A stretch of 64,000 nucleotides of DNA from assembly GCA_051294905.1 (NCBI GenBank), contig CM119372.1, forward strand, positions 434,001 through 498,000, given 5' to 3'. Source of the stretch: Botryllus schlosseri (lineage: Eukaryota). The translations under genes were made by a program, and so were the position numbers. The notes under the pieces are model-generated. The model worked only from the letters and a program-made list of their open reading frames with translations, did no database searches and was not told the origin of the DNA. Of the stretch, positions 59,363 through 64,000 are shown one piece after another (position 1 is the stretch's first letter; each line of letters opens with the position of its first letter).

Positions 59363-62300
59363 TGTTATGTTCGTGCATTTACGTTTTAGTGTCGTACAAC
59401 TCTTTCGTTCTATTGGATTAGTAATTACAGCCAATCATTATTTCCTCGTGTGTCGTGCTTGTATTTATACCCTGTGTTCTGTTGCCTCGTGGTCTTTCAT
59501 TTAACTGCACTCTGGACCGTGTCGCTGCCGTTAAGTTATTCTGCTGATAATATACTGATTCTGTATTGCAACCTCGTCGCATTGAGTTATTGTTCAAACA
59601 AGATCAAGAACATAACAATTGGTGTCAGAAGTCGGATTCATAGTTATTTCTGCGACGAAGATAAAGCATGGATTCAGGTATATTGAAGCTGCTCGAGAAG
59701 CAGCAGGCAATGATGGCGAGCTTACATGAAACAATGGCAAATCAAAATGCACAGCGGAAAGAAGATATGGAGCAGCAAAATGCTCGGCACAGAGAAGAGA
59801 TGGCACAGCAAAAGCAGCAGCATGAGCAAGCCATATCGCAATTAGCGCAGAGGTTGAGTCCCGGTGCGTCAACATCTGAAGCTACCGCTCCCAAGTTTGA
59901 TTCATTTGTGAAATCAAAGGAGAAATGGGACCAGTATCTGCAACGATTCAACCATCACCTAGCAATTTACGGCATTTCCAACATGGAGAAGAAAAGAGCG
60001 TGTCTACTCTCATGGGTTGGACCTGAAACGTACTCGCTCCTACGTAATTTGATTGGTGCTGCTGATGTCAGTGCGCAAACTTTCGACGCGTTGACTGAGA
60101 AGTTGTCTACACACTTCAAGGACTCAATTCATGTGCAAGCAGCCAGGTACGAATTTTACAACTGTAAAATGCAACCGGGACAATCGTACGCCGATTGGAT
60201 CGCTTCTCTACGCGGAATCTCCAAGGATTGCAACTTCATATGCTCAAGAGATGGCTGTGATCAGAGCTACGTTGATGAGCTAATGCGCGATCTCATCATT
60301 AAAGAAACGCCGCACGCGGATGTGAGACGGCATTGTCTAACACAAACCAATCCATCCCTTGACGACGTTCTCAAAGTAGCCGCAACATACGTGAGAACGC
60401 TGGAAACCGATAGGGTTATCCAGGGCGAGAGTAACGGTAAAGACACTTCCATCGTCAACAAAATGACGGGAAGTTATCAGAAGGGGAGAAAACCTTCCAA
60501 ATCCAACCAAGGCAACTTCCCGGAAAGACTGAAATCCTGCAGCCGCTGTTTCATCGATCACCAGAGAAAAGACTGTCAATATCGACATGCAGTATGTCAG
60601 AAATGTGGTCGTAAAGGTCATATCAAACCTGTGTGCATGTCAACCAAACCTAGTATCACGCAACAGGTCACATCCGTCAATTTCTGCTCAGTGCCACTCC
60701 TCTCCTTCGACATCGGTCAACTATATCGACGCGTAGGAAACCAGCTCTGGATCAACTCCAGCATCAACGGCATTCCGTTGCCGACACAGTGGGACACTGG
60801 TGCACCCCCCGCCATGGTGGGATTGACTGGGTACAAAACTTTGGGCTCTCCGAAACTCTCAGCATACCATTGCTCTTTCGTAGCGTATGGCGACAAGCCA
60901 CTGAAAGTGAAAGGTATTTGCACTGTAAGCGTGCAGGTGGGTTCTGAAGTTCGAGTTGGCTTAAAATTGGTGGTTCTCGACGAACACCGTGGGCAAAACA
61001 TTTTTGGTCTCGATTGGAGCGATGCTTTCTCCATGACCGCTAAGGGAACGTCTGCTTTGGATGCAATTTCTTCGCAGATGGTCAAATCGCAATCATGTAA
61101 TACTATTGACATTTCTGATTCGAACGACAAATTGGCATCTTTTCGGTCCAAATTTCCCTCCGTTTTCTCTAATGTATTAGGACGATGCACCAAGACAAAG
61201 GTGACAATTCACTTGAAAGCTAATGCCAAGCTGACAATTCACTTGAAAGCTAATGCCAAGCCCGTATTTAACAAGCCACGTCCTTTGCCTTTCGCAAGGC
61301 AAATCGCTGTTCAAACCGAATTGGATAGATTAGTCAATCAAGGTATCCTCGAACCAATCAATTACAGTGATTGGGCAGCACCAATTGTTGCCGTCACTAA
61401 ATCAAATGGATCAGTACGCATTTGTGGTGACTTCAAAGCATTGAATCAACAAATTCAGATAGATCAACATCCCCTGCCCTCCTTGGATGAGATCCTTCAC
61501 AAGTTACAGGATGGTTGTATTTTCTCGAAAATTGATCTTGCCGACGCTTATTTCCAGCTAGAATTAGATGATGATGCGAAGAATTTGTGTGTCATCAACA
61601 CGCAATTCGGTCTATTCCGTTATCGACGCATGTTTCGGAGTCGCATCTAGCCCCGCAAATTTTCAACGTTGAATTGATGCCATGATCGCCGGCTTACCCG
61701 GTGTTGCTAGTTTTATCGATGACATAATCGTTACTGGCATTGATGAACGCGACCATTTTCGCAACTTATCGCTACTCTTTGAGCGCCTCACCGAGTACGG
61801 TTTCACCGTCAACTTCGCGAAATGTGAATTTTTCAAAAGTAGTATCGAGTACCTTGGTCACATAATCGACAAGGACGGCAAACGCCCGTCTCACAAATCC
61901 GTTGAAGCAATCAAACAGTTGCCTAAACCTCAGGATGTTCGCCAGCTACAGGCATTCCTGGGCAAAGTCAATTATTATCGCGCGTTTATTCCTAATTTTA
62001 CGAATAAAGCCGCTGCTTTGTACCGCCTTCTTCAAAAAGACGCGAAATTCATTTGGAATACGGACTGTGACGCAGCTTTTCGCATTCTCAAAAACGACGT
62101 AATCGACGCTACGCAGTTAGCTCATTATGATGTAAACAAGCAGCTCATTTTGTCAACTGATGCTTCTCAATTCGGAATTGGCGCTGTCCTCTCAATCGAG
62201 CACAATGGCGAAGAGAGACCGATCGCGCACGCATCCAAAACACTTTCCGATTCGCAAAAATCCTACTCTCAAATCGAGAAGGAAGCTCTGTCAATCATTT

Positions 62301-64000
62301 ACGGAGTCACTAAATTTCGTCAATTCTTGTATGGTAGAAAATTTACGCTCGTAACGGACCACAAACCGCTTTTAGCTATTTTCTCGCCAGACAAGAAAAT
62401 CCCCGTGATTACAGCGCAACGCTTACAGCGATGGGCACTAACGCTCATGTCTTACCAATACGATATTCGCTATAAACCGACTAATCAGCACGGAAACGCC
62501 GACGGTTTATCTCGTCTACCAAAGGGTCCAGACCCTGAGTTTGACGAACTGGAAATTCGTGAAAACGCGGAGATCGTTCACGCTATTAATATGGCATTCG
62601 ATGGCTTACCGTTAACTCGCAATGAAATTCGCGACGCGACGCTGAAAGACGAAACCATGAAACTAGTAAAATTATCTGTCACTCATGGTAATTGGAATCC
62701 AAAGACGCAAATTGATGATTTTTCTTGGTTTTCGACTCGCAAACATTCGCTTTCTCTGCACGAAGACATAGTCATACTCAATATTGATGGTTTTCAGCGC
62801 GTAGTAATTCCGCAGTCACTTCGCTCGCGAGTCTTATCATTGTTGCACGAAGGACTTTGGGGTATCGCGAAAATGAAGCAGATGGCTCGACGTTACATCG
62901 CATGGCCTTCCATTAATCGCGACATTGAAAATCTCGTGAAGAGTTGCAACGCTTGCCGCAAGGTAATGAAAGCGCCTGATCGTCAGTATCGCGAATGGCC
63001 TAAAACTTCTGAAAGCTTTGAACGAATTCACTTGGATTTCGCAGGTCCAATAAACAATAAGATGTTTCTTGTCATCGTCGATGCGCATTCGAAATATCCT
63101 TTCGTTAAAGTAATGAATGTCGGTTCTACCACAACCTTGTGTGTGGTCAACGCTTTGAGGGAAGTCTTCTCTATCGAAGGCTTGCCCATAACAATTGTCA
63201 CGGATGGCGGGCCGCAATTCACATCGAATGAATTCGATACGTTTTGTTCTAATTTGGCAATCAGCCATATCGTATCACCGTCTTTTCACCCTGCCTCGAA
63301 CGGGGAAGCGGAGCGTTTCGTCCAGACTTTGAAAGCTGGATCAATAAAAAATTGCGACGGGGGAAAAGATCTCAACTTCGCGCTCCAAACACTTCTCGCT
63401 ACGTACCGATGTGCACCGCACCCGGGCATAGACTGGAAAACGCCTGCCGAGATTTTACATGGTCGACAGCCGCGCAATTTGTTAAGTTTGTGCTCGCCCT
63501 TCGACAAATCAAAACCCGTTACGCCTGGACAATCAGTCACTCATTTCGAGATTGGTTCCGCGGTTTACGCTCGCAGTTACCGAAGCGGACCAAAGTGGGT
63601 TGCTGGCGTGGTGACGGAAATACTGGGGCGTGTTGTGTACATTATAAGAACAGATCATGGGTATTGGAGAAGGCATAAAAACCAACTCCAACCACGCTTG
63701 ATTTCCACAAGTAATGATACAGCCACACAGGAAGTTGCTCAGCCTCAACAGTCCCAAGCTGAGCAACCATTGGTCAGGAATAGGGCACAACGCCCTGCAG
63801 CTAGTCCTGCCCGTACGTCGGGTAGACGTTATCCTCTCAGGAACAGAAAGCAAACCGATTTCTACAGACCTACGTAAATGTGGGCAACCCTCTCAACTTA
63901 TAGGGGAGGACTGTTATGTTCGTGCATTTACGTTTTAGTGTCGTACAACTCTTTCGTTCTATTGGATTAGTAATTACAGCCAATCATTATTTCCTCGTGT
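59363..64000 (+). mobile_element. Ty3/gypsy LTR retrotransposon (Mag-like); 5' LTR 59363-59617, 3' LTR from 63912 (cut by the window end)
   Basis: LTR ends tgttatgttc...gaacataaca. PBS tggtgtcagaagt (59620-59632) is complementary to the tRNA-Leu 3' end; PPT aggggagga at 63902-63910. Domain order is Gag-PR-RT-RH-IN. Confidence 0.95.
59668..63877 (+). pseudogene. Gag-Pol polyprotein disrupted inside RT
   Basis: Two Gag zinc knuckles (CSRCFIDHQRKDC, CQKCGRKGHIKPVC), protease DTGA, RT WAAPIV..RICGDFK..FSKIDL and FIDD, RNase H TDAS/YSQIEKEAL, integrase HLDFAGP/VTDGGPQF/SNGEAER. Frameshift near 61633 and in-frame TGA at 61670-61672. Confidence 0.9.

Noticed and set aside
61630..61682. Programmed frameshift or readthrough between the two gypsy ORFs
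   Set aside because: The break lies within conserved RT motifs rather than at the gag-pol junction, has no slippery heptamer, and is followed by a stop; mutation is more likely.

Overview
Eukaryotic (animal) genomic DNA with GT-AG introns and dense transposon content. An ascidian source is inferred from the styelin-like peptide and the compact introns, but is not proven. Genes rebuilt by hand from splice sites: TMEM129 (+, 2 exons), PTRHD1 (+, 2 exons), SPOP (-, 8 exons), intronless COMMD10 (-), two convergent 11-exon pancreatic-lipase-family paralogs with different lid and beta9 loops, and tRNA-Val(AAC). The top finding is a 4-coding-exon gene (-, 51104-53970) that the ORF track misses as a unit. 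It encodes a 97-aa secreted precursor: signal peptide, cationic Tyr-rich ~56-aa peptide, Gly, and an acidic tail resembling the styelin antimicrobial-peptide propiece. Mobile DNA includes Penelope-like fragments with minimal hammerhead ribozymes (one forms a 441-bp inverted repeat in a lipase intron), a decayed hAT transposase element, many MITEs, a tRNA-derived SINE, and a Mag-type Ty3/gypsy element at the bottom of a five-level nested insertion. No CRISPR array or prokaryotic system is present.
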